Positions 52,771 through 64,000 of a stretch of 64,000 nucleotides of DNA are shown piece after piece. Position numbers and translations under genes: made by a program. A model generated the notes under the pieces. That model was not told the DNA's origin, searched no databases, and saw only the letters and a list, made by a program, of their open reading frames with translations. The DNA is from Octopus vulgaris (taxonomy: Eukaryota). Where the stretch lies: assembly GCA_951406725.2 (NCBI GenBank), contig OX597816.1:3658001-3722000 (forward strand), given 5' to 3'. Position 1 is the first letter of the stretch. Every line of letters starts with the position of its first letter.

Positions 52771-53717
52771 ACCTCATCTCTTAAATATAGAACTGTAAAA
52801 CAAGTATTGTTGAACAGAAAAACGTGTATCGTTTATTCCACAGTAAACACCGAAATAAAATTAATAAATGGCAATATTTTGGTAGAGATCAATGAAGTTG
52901 ATACTAAGGAAAAGAACAGCAAGGATTAGATTTTTCTTTTTCTTTCGTTCGAGAGTCTATCACTGAAAATGGCATTTCAGTGCAAGACATTTTCCATGCT
53001 GTATCATGTGAAGATCGCAGATTTTCTAGAATTGCTGACTGTTGATTACCGGTGCAAATTCAGTCTGACTTTGATACCGAACCTATCTCAACTTAGTTCA
53101 CCAGGTTATTGCAGATATCACGGCTAATGCCATACTGGGGCATTGTCATATCTGATATTAGATATTCTTTAATTTTTCATTTTTCTTATGCTAGTCTTCT
53201 GTGTTCACTTATGAGTTGGTCAAAACTTTCCTCTTCTTTTCAACAGATTCTGCGTTTGCCCAATGACCGACTTTTCTTAATCTTTATTTCCATCGAATTT
53301 CTTGTTGCTATTGTATTAAGCGTTGGGCGGGCAGAACCACTAGATTTGCGTATTATTAGTTACGCATTTAATTAGGAATAAAAGAAAATCCCAGTCAAAT
53401 ACTGATTCTGATAAAATCTCTTCTCGATGTCGTTGGCCTTTTTTCTAAATTAAAAACGTTTGGAGATGGAAGACATATAGTAACGTTATAACGCAGCGGT
53501 TTGGCAGAATAGTTAAAATGTTGGAAAAAATGCTTTGCGATAGGTCTTCTGGCTCTATATATTCTAAGTTCAAACCCCACTGAAACCAAATTTGATTCTG
53601 TCATTAGGTCGATGAAATAAAGTACCAGTCACATAATGGACTCGGTGCTATCGACTAACATCCTCCCTCTAAATTGCTGGACCTCTGCCAAAAATTGAAA
53701 GATTTATCATTAAAATT

Positions 53718-54385
53718 GAGAGAGCAGTTCATGCCATCAAAGTGACACTGAGGTAAAATATACAAAGCCCAGTATATCCATCATGGCTACCCGTCTGATA
53801 AGGATGCACCAGGTACATGCATCAAAACCACATGTGCGCCACATGGTGATCCTATGTCAAGACAAACAGTGCATGACCTTGCAGGTGGGGCCCAATTAGA
53901 ATTTTCTTCTCGTCGAGTTGCTCATCCCGCTCAAAAGGTTCCTGAATAAGTTTTGTTTAAGGATGATGAAGAAGCCACCCATGCTTTCAGAGGTGAATTC
54001 AAACCCCAAAGAATCCCTCTCAACACATGGCTATGATGCTCCCCAACTACTTGTGCTCGTGATCAGAGATGCACATATCGTCAGCCAGTAAGGGACATGC
54101 TCAACAGGTTATGGTCAAACAACTGACAAGTAAATCTGTGGAATTACTTGTCAGTTGTTTGACCATAACCTGTTGAGCATGTCCCTTACTGGCAGAATAT
54201 TTGCTGTAGCCCTTCTTTTATACCAAGACGAAAAATTGTACATGATAACACTTCCAATCAGTTAAGATCAAAAGCCATGAGAGCCACTGCCTGGTACTGC
54301 ATCAGGGCATTTATTATTATTATTATCATCATCATTATTATTATTATTATTGTTATTATTATTATTGTTATTATTATTATTATAA
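53718..54385 (+). mobile_element. Unclassified retroelement-like 3' segment ending in (TTA)n
   Basis: Complex, more GC-rich block ending in a simple-repeat tail; no family assignable from this window. Confidence 0.45.
54084..54193. repeat. Perfect 50-bp inverted repeat with 10-nt spacer
   Basis: 54084-54133 is the exact reverse complement of 54144-54193. Confidence 0.95.
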
Positions 54386-54960
54386 CGACTCCGGTTTTTT
54401 TTTTGGAACTCCTAGAATCTTGCATGATTAGCGGGCTTGCTAGCTGCGGCCAGCGGCACCGTGCTATTCGTTCTCATCAACCACCCAATACTTTCCTGAT
54501 GGTTCTGGCCAGAAGTACCAGTTGAATACTGGGGACTCGGCTATCGACTTATCCCACCCCCGAACTTGTTGGTCTTGTGCCAAAATTTAAAAAGATCATC
54601 GTCATCATCATCATCATTATTATTTCTGCGGATATCAAATCGAAGATTCCGCCAAATAAAAACAAGATTAATTAGCATTCATTGTTTTGCAATCAACACA
54701 AAAGATACGTAATTCCTCAATAAAACTAAAATGAAAACTGAATAGGAAATAAAAATGGAAGATTCGGGAACGATCGCTCCAATAATCAGCAACCATTATT
54801 ATCGATTCCTTAAAATACTCCACACCGATTTTATTGAAACACTTAACAATCAGGCAAGAGAGAAATTTGTTTGCGCTTTTCTTTTAGAGCAAACACTGTA
54901 ACAAATCTACGCTGATGCTCTATTCACATTGCCACGAACAACAACAACAACAACACACAT

Positions 54961-55011
<51 letters not shown>

Positions 55012-56391
55012 AACACACACAGCCACAAAGACTTTCTGTGTGTGAGCTTAGTGGCTGGATACTTCCGTAATATTTGACAAACGATTTCAGAAATAGAAAG
55101 CTTATTCATTCACACTGTTATATTTAGATTGCAAAGAAATATATGAAAAATAAAAATCTCGTTTCTCAAACAGGAAACAAAATCACCAGAATTCCCACAC
55201 ATATAAATATATACCCACATATACACTGCCAGCTAGAAACACGAGCATACACACAAGCGCACGCATGCAAATGCAAATATTCGCACAAATATTCGCTCAC
55301 GCTCAGACACTCGCATTCGTTCGTCCGTTTGTTAAATACACAAGTCTTGGATGTCTCCTTGAATTCCTCTCCTTTACTTTGTGCGCTTGTGCCCTTGTCT
55401 CCTTTCCTACCAGTTTCCACACTGAAATTCTTGGGCACCTGGTTAAAGACGCTTTCAATATAATCAGCGTTTTCCCTTCTAAAAGAAAGCAGAATTTAAA
55501 CCAAGGACGGATGAGCGATACAGATACTCAAGAGACCCTCTTTTACTCTCTTGCCAGTCAGGACTATTATTTTAGCTTTGACTATTGACACCGAAACCAT
55601 GAAAGTTATCTACGGCAGTATGCAAAGTAATTATGCTGACAGTCGCAACAAATAGTACAAGACATTCAATTTGGCTGCTTTAAAGAAATTGTAGAGAAGA
55701 TCTATACGTACCCCTCTCTCTCGCTATCGATCTATCTACATAAGTTATGTATGATATATATATATATATATATCTATATATATATATATATATAAAATAT
55801 ATGTGCGTGTATGTATGGTAAAAGTTTCAGTATGATTGAAGGGCGGAGAGAGGTTTGTGTTAAAGTGCTGTGTAACAAAATTTGCGTTTGTATCGTTGTA
55901 AAATTGAATTCGTATAAAAGGGGAGGAAGGCGTGTCAATGCAGAATATTTTCTATAAAACCAAAATGACAGTAATTTAATTTTCAAATGTACCAAACACA
56001 AATGCGTTTCTTCGATGACAATTTCAAAATAAAGCAGAAAACAAGAGCAGGGATAAAATGATTTTCAATTCGTTTGGGTTGCGATGCAGCAACACTTGTT
56101 GAAAGAAAACTGGGGAATTATACCAATTTGGTAAAAAGGAAACGTGTACAGTTGTAGTTTTTAAATATCATCAGAAGCAACTACAAATCTTTTGGAATGC
56201 GTTGAATTGTATTAATACCAATGGGCGGAGGATTACTTCCAACTTGGACATTAATGATAGAACAGAAGTACTTGATTATAGGCACATGGAGTTTCGAAGA
56301 CCCTTAAGCTCCTATTTTTTGTAATCTTTCTATAAAACTTCTAATTCCAATTAAATCATTCAGTTTTATTATCAGAACGAATTTTAGAAAT

Positions 56392-56603
56392 GAAATCTCG
56401 AATGCAGAAGGGCTGTGAAAACAGATTAAAGGATTGGATAAAATGCCCTTATAGATGGGAAAAAGTGGCCAGCGAGTCACTGCTTGGAGTCAAACTTTGT
56501 ATCTCTCCGTATCCGCTCGCTGGCCGCTTTCTTCCGTCTACAAGGGCATTTCACCTGATCCTCATATCTGTTTTCACGACTATTCTTCTACTTTCGAGAT
56601 TTC
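56392..56603. repeat. Imperfect ~85-bp inverted repeat (foldback)
   Basis: cccttatagatgggaaaaagtggccagcgag mirrors ctcgctggccgctttcttccgtctacaaggg and extends outward to gaaatctcgaa / ttcgagatttc. Confidence 0.85.
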
Positions 56604-56694
56604 CTTCATTTCTTAAACTCAAACATAATCGGTGCGTCAATGTTTGCTTACAAAATTGTTATCAGTAAGAATATTTAAATAAGATCCTAAGACC

Positions 56695-57087
56695 GCAAGC
56701 TGGCAGAATCGTTAGCACGCCGGGCGAAATGCTTAGCAGTAGTTCGTCTGCCGCTACGTTCTGAGTTCAAATTCCGCCGAGGTCGACTTCATCTTTTCGG
56801 GGTCGATTAAATAAGTACCAGTTACGAACTGAGGTCGATGTAATCGACTTAATCCGTTTGTCTGTCCTTGTTTGTCCCCTTTGTGTTTAGCCCCTTGTGG
56901 GTAATAAAGAAACAAATAGTTCATCTGTTTTTACGGTCTGAGTTCAAATTTCGCCGAGGTCGACTTTGCCTTTCATCGTTTCGGGGTCGATAAATTAATT
57001 AAGTACTGGTTGCGTACTGCGGTCGATCTAATCGACTGGCCTCCACCCCCAAAATTTCGGGCCTTGTGCCGAGAGTAGAAAAGAATA
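56695..57087 (+). mobile_element. Meta-type SINE (head, module A, module B)
   Basis: Same architecture as 31430-31815. Confidence 0.9.
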
Positions 57088-57491
57088 TTTTAACAAATGA
57101 TTAACTCATGAAACAATCCACATGCTTACTATTTTGAAATCTCACGAGACGCTGTCTCCTGGGGCTAAATTACAGCAACATTCGTCCTAAACCAGGACTG
57201 CCATTTTATGTTGCCAAACAATCTTTACTACAAACCACATGCTGTTATAAAATTACTTCTAATCTATTCTTAATAAATCAAATTCTAAATTCCTACTGTT
57301 CGACATTAAAGACTTATTTCTCTATCATTGAAGATTCACATATTAAATAACCGAAACGTTGTCCTGTCCACGTTGAAACCGAAATCCATATAATTATAGA
57401 AGCTAATAAAACCAGCCTGAAATTATAATCAGCCTTTTCGAATCAGATAATCTATTAATACACCTTTTTGGTGTTAGTATTATCACCAACA

Positions 57492-57865
57492 GCGAAGGCG
57501 CATGGCTCAGTGGTTAGAGCGTCGAGCTTACAATTGTGAGGTTGTGAGTTCGATTCACGGATCGGGCTGCGTGCAGTGTTCTTGAGCAAGACACTTTAAT
57601 TCACGTTGCTCCAGTTCACTCATCTGTAGAAATGAGTTGCGACGTCACTGGTACCAAGTTGTATCGGCCCCTTTGCCTTTCCCGTGGTTAACAGCTGTGG
57701 AGTGTGGAGAGCGGACGTTGGTATGCATGGGTGACTGCTGGTTTTCCATAAATACAACCCTAGGTTGTGCCTTCGCCGGTAAGGCGACATTCTGCCCAGA
57801 TTTGTACCCCGGCGGGCAACCTCTTGGGTGCACCCATGGCCACTCGTGACCGACGAAGGCGAGTT
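57492..57865 (+). mobile_element. SINE, family C, with 14-bp TSD
   Basis: TSD tattatcaccaaca at 57478-57491 and 57866-57879. Confidence 0.9.
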
Positions 57866-59077
57866 TATTATCACCAACAAGCGACTGATATTTCAGACGA
57901 GATATTGAATCTGATGGTTTAACGAGTGTCAGGTCTTTCCTATGGAGGATTCGATGGAGGTAGTGGACCGATTTCTAGAAGGAGTCGAATTCTCATAAAT
58001 TCCTATCCTTTCTCTACGAACACTCCCTATGCTGTCCTTACCAGTCCAAATATACTTGATGCACGTTCGAACTGGGTAACAAGCTACTCACTGCGTTTTG
58101 TCACGAAAATAAATCCCGTTTGTTGTCAAATGGTGTGTATACACCTAGATCAGCATGCAGCGCCACCTACCCGGACTGTGAGATGCTAGCATTTTGGAGT
58201 AGTTATCTCCTCTTCGCTCACAAATACTAGGCAGGTGGCGCTACGAGCTGAAGATAAGCACCCGAACGTCTCATCACCACTGTCAACAAATACAACGTGT
58301 TAAATGTACAACTTCAACACGATTCCCTAATCTCAGTTCAAACATTTCTATTAGCAGAGAAAATGTAAAGTAGAACCGGTATCTCTGTGTGTTTATCTTC
58401 GTTTAATAAATGATGAAGTAGATTATTTATAGACACAACTAGTTTGAATTGACTACAACGACAGTCTTTTGTAATGTTCTATTTATACTGTTGACCTGTA
58501 CAACCACACTCCTGCCTGAAAGCATTCATTTTAGCAAATGCTGTATTACATCTAGAAATTATAGTTTACCTTAATTTTGTTGGCTTCGTAGCTAAATGAA
58601 GAGAGAGAGAGAGAGAGACGGGAGAAATGGAAGTGACAGAGAAATAAAGAGTGGGAAGATAATCGATAAATATCGAAAATAGCGAAATAAAAACGCATGA
58701 GTAATTGAAAAAAAATAAGAGAAAAAAAGATTGACAATAATTACTGTTACAACGTATAGTTTAGGCACACACAAACACCTGTGTGTGTGTGTGTGGGGAG
58801 GGAAAGAGTGAGAGAAAATGGAAGAGACGGAGAGAGAAATCTTATTTAAGTATCAACAATACAAAGTACATGTATTTCTGCATGTATATGCAGAAATATG
58901 CACAAACACAGGCAACAGATATACATAGGCACCGACTATGAAAAGCTGTTGTGTGTTTAAGAACCTTGCTTCACGTATGTTTGTGTCAACCACGCGCCAT
59001 TTTGGTTCAGGTTTCTTACTAAAGTCTCAGTTTATCCTATTCCTGGTGACTATTGATATACTCTGTGGAGGTATAAG

Positions 59078-59308
59078 GCGGCGAGGAGCTGGCAGAAACG
59101 TTAGTACGACGGGCGAAATGCTTAGCAGTATTTCGTCTGCCGTTACGTTCTGAGTTCAAATTCCGCCGAGGTCGACTTTGCCTTTCATTCTTCCGGGGTC
59201 GATAAATTATGTACCAGTTACGCACTGGGGTCGATATAATCGACTTAATCCGTTTGTCTGTCCTTGTTTGTCCCCTCTGTGTTTGGCCCCTTGTGGGTAG
59301 TAAAGAAA
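59078..59308 (+). mobile_element. Meta-type SINE with ~19-bp TSD
   Basis: Flanks atatactctgtggaggtat and atatgctctatggaggtat. Confidence 0.9.
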
Positions 59309-59639
59309 CATATGCTCTATGGAGGTATCTGGCTGCCTGTTTATAATATTATCGCAGTAGATAATGTGTTTGTTTCTTTTTTCTTTCATCGTGTCTAGTT
59401 TCACTTTCATTTCTTTCAATCGCATTTTAAGCTTCTTATGTAATTTCACGGTCGTTGACTCATAGGAGCTCTTCCGATCTTTGGTGGATTATGTTTTATT
59501 TTTATCCCGCAGGAATTTCACAACCCACCCTACTCACCAGGAAGGCCTGGTGGTGTTGGTGGTTTAGTGGCCGCCGACGTGCTGATCCAGCAAGTGTTAC
59601 TCAGTTTCATGTTATCAGTAGCACTCAAGAGCGCCCCGA

Positions 59640-59684
<45 letters not shown>

Positions 59685-60765
59685 TGTGTGTGTTTTCCCT
59701 TGTGTGTTAGTAATATTTTTGATATGAAGTATTGTTTTCTGTTTTGCCTTCACTAAAAATGGCTTCGAGACTTAGAGACAAAACCGTCTAAAAATATGTG
59801 AATGAACTCAGTTTTTGAGAAAAAAGCTGCAAAAATAAACAAAACAATATTGCTGCAAGACACGCGCTTTCGAAGGAAAAAAAATCCATAACACTTTTTT
59901 CTATGCAACATTGCCATAGAATCACTGTGAAAAATTCTTGTTACATTTGATATCAACAACAGCAGCAACAATAACAAACTCTCAAATATATTTTTCCAAG
60001 CAAAAATATGCAAAATAGTTTTAATAACAGTAGCAGTTGTTTTATTGATGTTGCTTGTTACAGGCGGGTTTTGCTCTTGGAGCAGATCCAATCTGAGAAG
60101 GAGGCATGGCAGCTAAGAAAATGCGGTGGAAAAAGTGGAGAAATATTCAGTGTGGATTAAAAATTAAAGGAGGCCCTACTAATGCGTAGGATGACCTGAT
60201 TTCCATCTTTCGTAGCACAATTTAGCGCAGTGTCAGTTTATCAAAAGGCAGAATATATTGAGCCCCCGGGGCGAATTGATCCATCGAAATCGATGGACCA
60301 AAAAAGAACAAAGCTCATTGTCAGAGCTATTTGCAGTGATATGGATTCTTACCGTGTGGTCACCTTTGTAAGAAAACCTTACTAGGCGATGGCTGCAGGA
60401 GGAACTAAAACTATGTATGCGGAAGTGGTCAAGATGGACATCTTGATAAATGGAGACAAGACTCCCACTACACGGGGTGCCATGAGGATTATAAGTGTGT
60501 CATGAAGCAATGCAGGCCTAAAATCAAAGCTTGATGCTCTAGAATGTAACAAATAACGATGATGTATTACACGAAGCGCAACTTTTACGAAGATATTGAA
60601 TATCAGAACAATGGCCTTGCACAAAAACAAAAGACACTGGATATATTTTTGTCCTGAAGGGTGCAAAAAATGCCCTTGGGTGTAACAATGATCCAAGTAC
60701 GATGAGTGGCTGATGGGTTAAACTCTATGGTTTTTCATGTCTGCGCATCAGACGGTTGTCTCTTT

Positions 60766-61167
60766 TCTCTCTTTTTACTTGTTTCAGTCATTTTGACTGC
60801 GGCCATGCTGGTGCACCTCCTTTAATCGAGCAACTCGACCCCGAGACTTATTCTTCGTAAGCCCAGTACTTATTCTTTCGGTCTCTTTTGCCGAACCGCT
60901 AAGTGACGGGGACATAAACACACCAGCATCGGTTGTCAAGCAATGCTAGGGGGACAAACACAGACACACAAACATACACGCACATACATATATATATACA
61001 TATATACGACGGGCTTCTTTCAGTTTCCGTCTACCAAATCCACTCACAAGGCTTTGGTCGGCCCGAGGCTATAGTAGAAGACACTTGCCCAAGGTGTCAC
61101 GCAGCGGGACTGAACCTGGAACCATGTGGTAGGTATGCAAGCTACTTATCACACAGCCACTCTTGCG
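60766..61167 (-). mobile_element. SINE, family A
   Basis: Full-length copy. Confidence 0.9.
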
Positions 61168-61632
61168 GGGTTATATTTCTTTTGGAAGAATAAAGTTTTC
61201 AAATTCATCTTTATCAATGTTTCCAAGCTGTTCCAGAGATATCTTCCACATGTAGAATGGTCTTCAGGTCCTGCGCTATGATGGCAATTTGATGGCAGAG
61301 AGTTAATGTTCCGCGTCATCGTCTCGAAGCTGTGACGTGTATATGACGTATGTGAACTGTAGCTGTGTGTTGCTATATCAAGTAAGCAACTCGAGGCTAA
61401 AACTAATACACAACTTGTATACGTCATTGCTGCAATTCCGATGACAAAGAACTCATGTACAATAACGGTCAAATTCTGGCAGGTGAGCCTTAATAAACGT
61501 AAGCAGCCCATTATAAAAGAGGCAGTGTAAGGTCATCTCAATTCCACATCTTGAAGGCGAGCTTGAGATTGCTTGAAAGTAAAGATTAATTTAGGAGCTT
61601 TATTGTTCCAAACGAACTACAAGACCACACAC

Positions 61633-61670
<38 letters not shown>

Positions 61671-62370
61671 GTGTGTGTGTGTGTGTTGTATAACCTGTGT
61701 GATCCTACCCCGTCGCTTTGATATGAATTTGCTTTGTCCATTTCAGCACGCTTTTGTAATCTCTCTGTACACCTTTGTTATGATGTTCATTAAAAGGCCA
61801 ACGCTGCAATAAATTATCATTAGCATTAAGTGTCGTCGTCGTCGTCATAGTAGTAGTAGTAGTAGTAGCAGCAGCAGCGGCAGAATTGCCCGTCGCCCTG
61901 TGGATGTTTAATTTTCTTCACTCAGACCAAGACTTATTTCAAGCACTTCTAAAAATATTCTTGTGTTTTTTCTTTGGAAAATAACGATTTTAGCTCGGCC
62001 TTAATATCTGCTCCCAAGAATCGAGTGTAGGCAATAAAGTTTGTCTTTACAAATTTAAAATATTATTGTCACTTGTTAACAGTTCACATCAAAATATCCA
62101 ACAGGCAAACACGATACGCCGCTCAAACAAAAATAAACAAGCTAAAATCTTGCAGCAATGCATAAAGAGTATTGCATCACAGAACTAACACTTGCAGCAA
62201 AACTATAATTAAAATGATTTAAATAATATAAAATAAGCATTAAAAAGAAAAATACATTATTTCGAATAATTTAAGGAATATCTTGGACGACACCAGTAAT
62301 AACAGCAGTAAAAACGAAACAAACAGTTGAAATAATGATGGTAGCCGAGGTATTTAAGCATCCAATGTTA

Positions 62371-63217
62371 CGAGGTACGTTCAAAAAGTACCGGACTTTA
62401 TTCTTTCCGCCAAAACTAATACAACACTCTTCCTGCGCATGCAAGGAAGTCTTCACGCCGGCAGAGTGCGCCACTTATCGGCTGTTAAGCCCAGAGTACA
62501 GACGTGTATTGCACATTCATCGGATTTTCACCAAAGATGAGCGAACGCATGGAACAGAGATATTGCATCAAGTTTTGCCAAATGCTTGGTGATATTCAAG
62601 CTCAAAGCATCCACTGCCTTTGGCATTCATGCCGTGGCCACCTCAAATCAAGGAGTGGTACAACCACTTCAAACATGGCTGCACCTCATTGGAGGGCGAG
62701 GCATGCTCAGGCCAGGCCATCCACAAGCCGAAGCGAGGAACTAATTAAGAAGGTTCGGTGAATAGTCGTGTAACAATTCACGAAATTAGTCCCAAAGTGG
62801 GAATAATCACATTCCATTTTAACGGTGTATCTGTGCTTGCGGAGATTGTCGGCGGAAAAATAAAGCCGTGATTTTTTTCAACGCACCACATAATCCAAGT
62901 GTTCCCGGTCAGGAACAACACACCACTTGTTCGACAGGTTTTCCCACTCTCCCAAATGGGCACCGTGCGACTTTTGGCTCTTCCTTAAACTGAAAAACAC
63001 ATTGAAGGGGAAGCAATTTGAGTGGCACGAGGAAATTATGACAAAAGCAACGACGGAGCTCCATGACATTCCAGAGAAGGAGTCCCAGAGTTGTTACCAG
63101 CTGTGGTTGAACCGCTGGAAGAAATGTGGGAACACCCAAGGAAAATATTTTGAAGGTGATTAACTAGAATTATTGCTTTTTATGCCCAAAGTTCGGATAA
63201 TTTTTGAACGTACACCG
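62371..63217 (+). mobile_element. Internally deleted mariner transposon (pseudogenised transposase), TA TSD
   Basis: TIRs cgaggtacgttcaaaaagt and atttttgaacgtacaccg; peptides MEQRYCIKFC and SPKWAPCDFWLFLKLK...RWKKCGNTQGKYFEGD*. Confidence 0.9.
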
Positions 63218-63570
63218 TACGTACGTCATTCAAACATTAGAAGTTTGAACGCTGATTTTTCCTTTGAGTTCATATAATCAGCTTCGTCCAGTTCTGAGTA
63301 TTTGTATGATTTCGATATCTTTTCATATTTCAATGTTTCCAGTTTTAGTTAATTTGCCTCTTAAATCTAATCAAGTATTCCTTGCTGAATTTATGAACAA
63401 TTAAAAATAATTTCCCCTTGTAAATATAAAGAGGAAATGGTTGACAATTTGTCCATAGCATCTATAACTTGTGGCGGTTTCATTCAACAGAGATTTTATT
63501 GGATTGAGAGCTAGGTAAAATAGTTGTTGGCGAATATTCAGAATCTATGGTAAATTCCTTTTCCAATGGA

Positions 63571-63985
63571 ATGTTAATGTATGGAAGTGAAGCATGGTCT
63601 ATAACAGAAATGTAAGCACTTCGAGAACTGTGAAATGAGGTTCTTAAGGAGAATATAGAGGAGAGCATGGACAAAGTGTCTAATGAAATAGTGATGACCT
63701 AGATTTCGGTAAATAGGAAACTACTTCGTGAGTTAAGGGCCAAGTAGCTAAAATTTCTTAATTAATGGAAGCCGGCTTGGAGAATTTAGTGATGATTGGA
63801 AAGATTGAATGGAGAAGAAGCAGAGGAAGGAGAAGAATGATATGGATGTCAAGATTGAGGAATTGGTTGGAAGAAAGAGGCATCGAACATCAGGAAGTGG
63901 AACTGTTACAGAAAAATAAGACCGGAGAATTGTGACAGGACATGATCGCTTGTATTCTATATTTTAGACATGGGACTTAAAAGAT
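63571..63985 (+). mobile_element. Degraded RTE LINE 3' end
   Basis: LMYGSEAWSIT, EMRFLRRI and LENLVMIGKIEWRRSRGRRRMIWM are typical RTE C-terminal motifs. Confidence 0.8.
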
Positions 63986-64000
63986 AGGGATGATATCAAG

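Noticed and set aside
59513-59640. Candidate exon after ttttatcccgcag
   Set aside because: No frame resembles globin exon 2, and it runs into (CA)n with no convincing donor.

Overview
This is AT-rich, repeat-dense eukaryotic DNA. Its SINE families and microsatellite load suggest an octopus (coleoid cephalopod) genome, which is an inference. Almost every ORF in the supplied track is a microsatellite or SINE artefact. One host coding exon is supported: 27500-27711 (+), the first coding exon of an N-acylated (MGCRESK) globin X/neuroglobin-like gene that ends at the conserved globin B12.2 intron position. No exon 2 was recognised in the remaining ~36 kb. The rest is tRNA-derived CORE-type and Meta-type SINEs, R4/Dong, L2/CR1-like and RTE LINE fragments, two mariner derivatives, a hAT-like MITE and several local inverted repeats. 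The most unusual signal is about ten type I hammerhead ribozyme motifs from at least five sequence families. All have palindromic, nearly loop-less helix III (Penelope/retrozyme style), and several form head-to-head inverted pairs. One family is fused downstream of a tRNA-derived Pol III head, suggesting a ribozyme-carrying SINE-like element. Coordinates of degraded repeats are approximate, and nothing was computed with tools.
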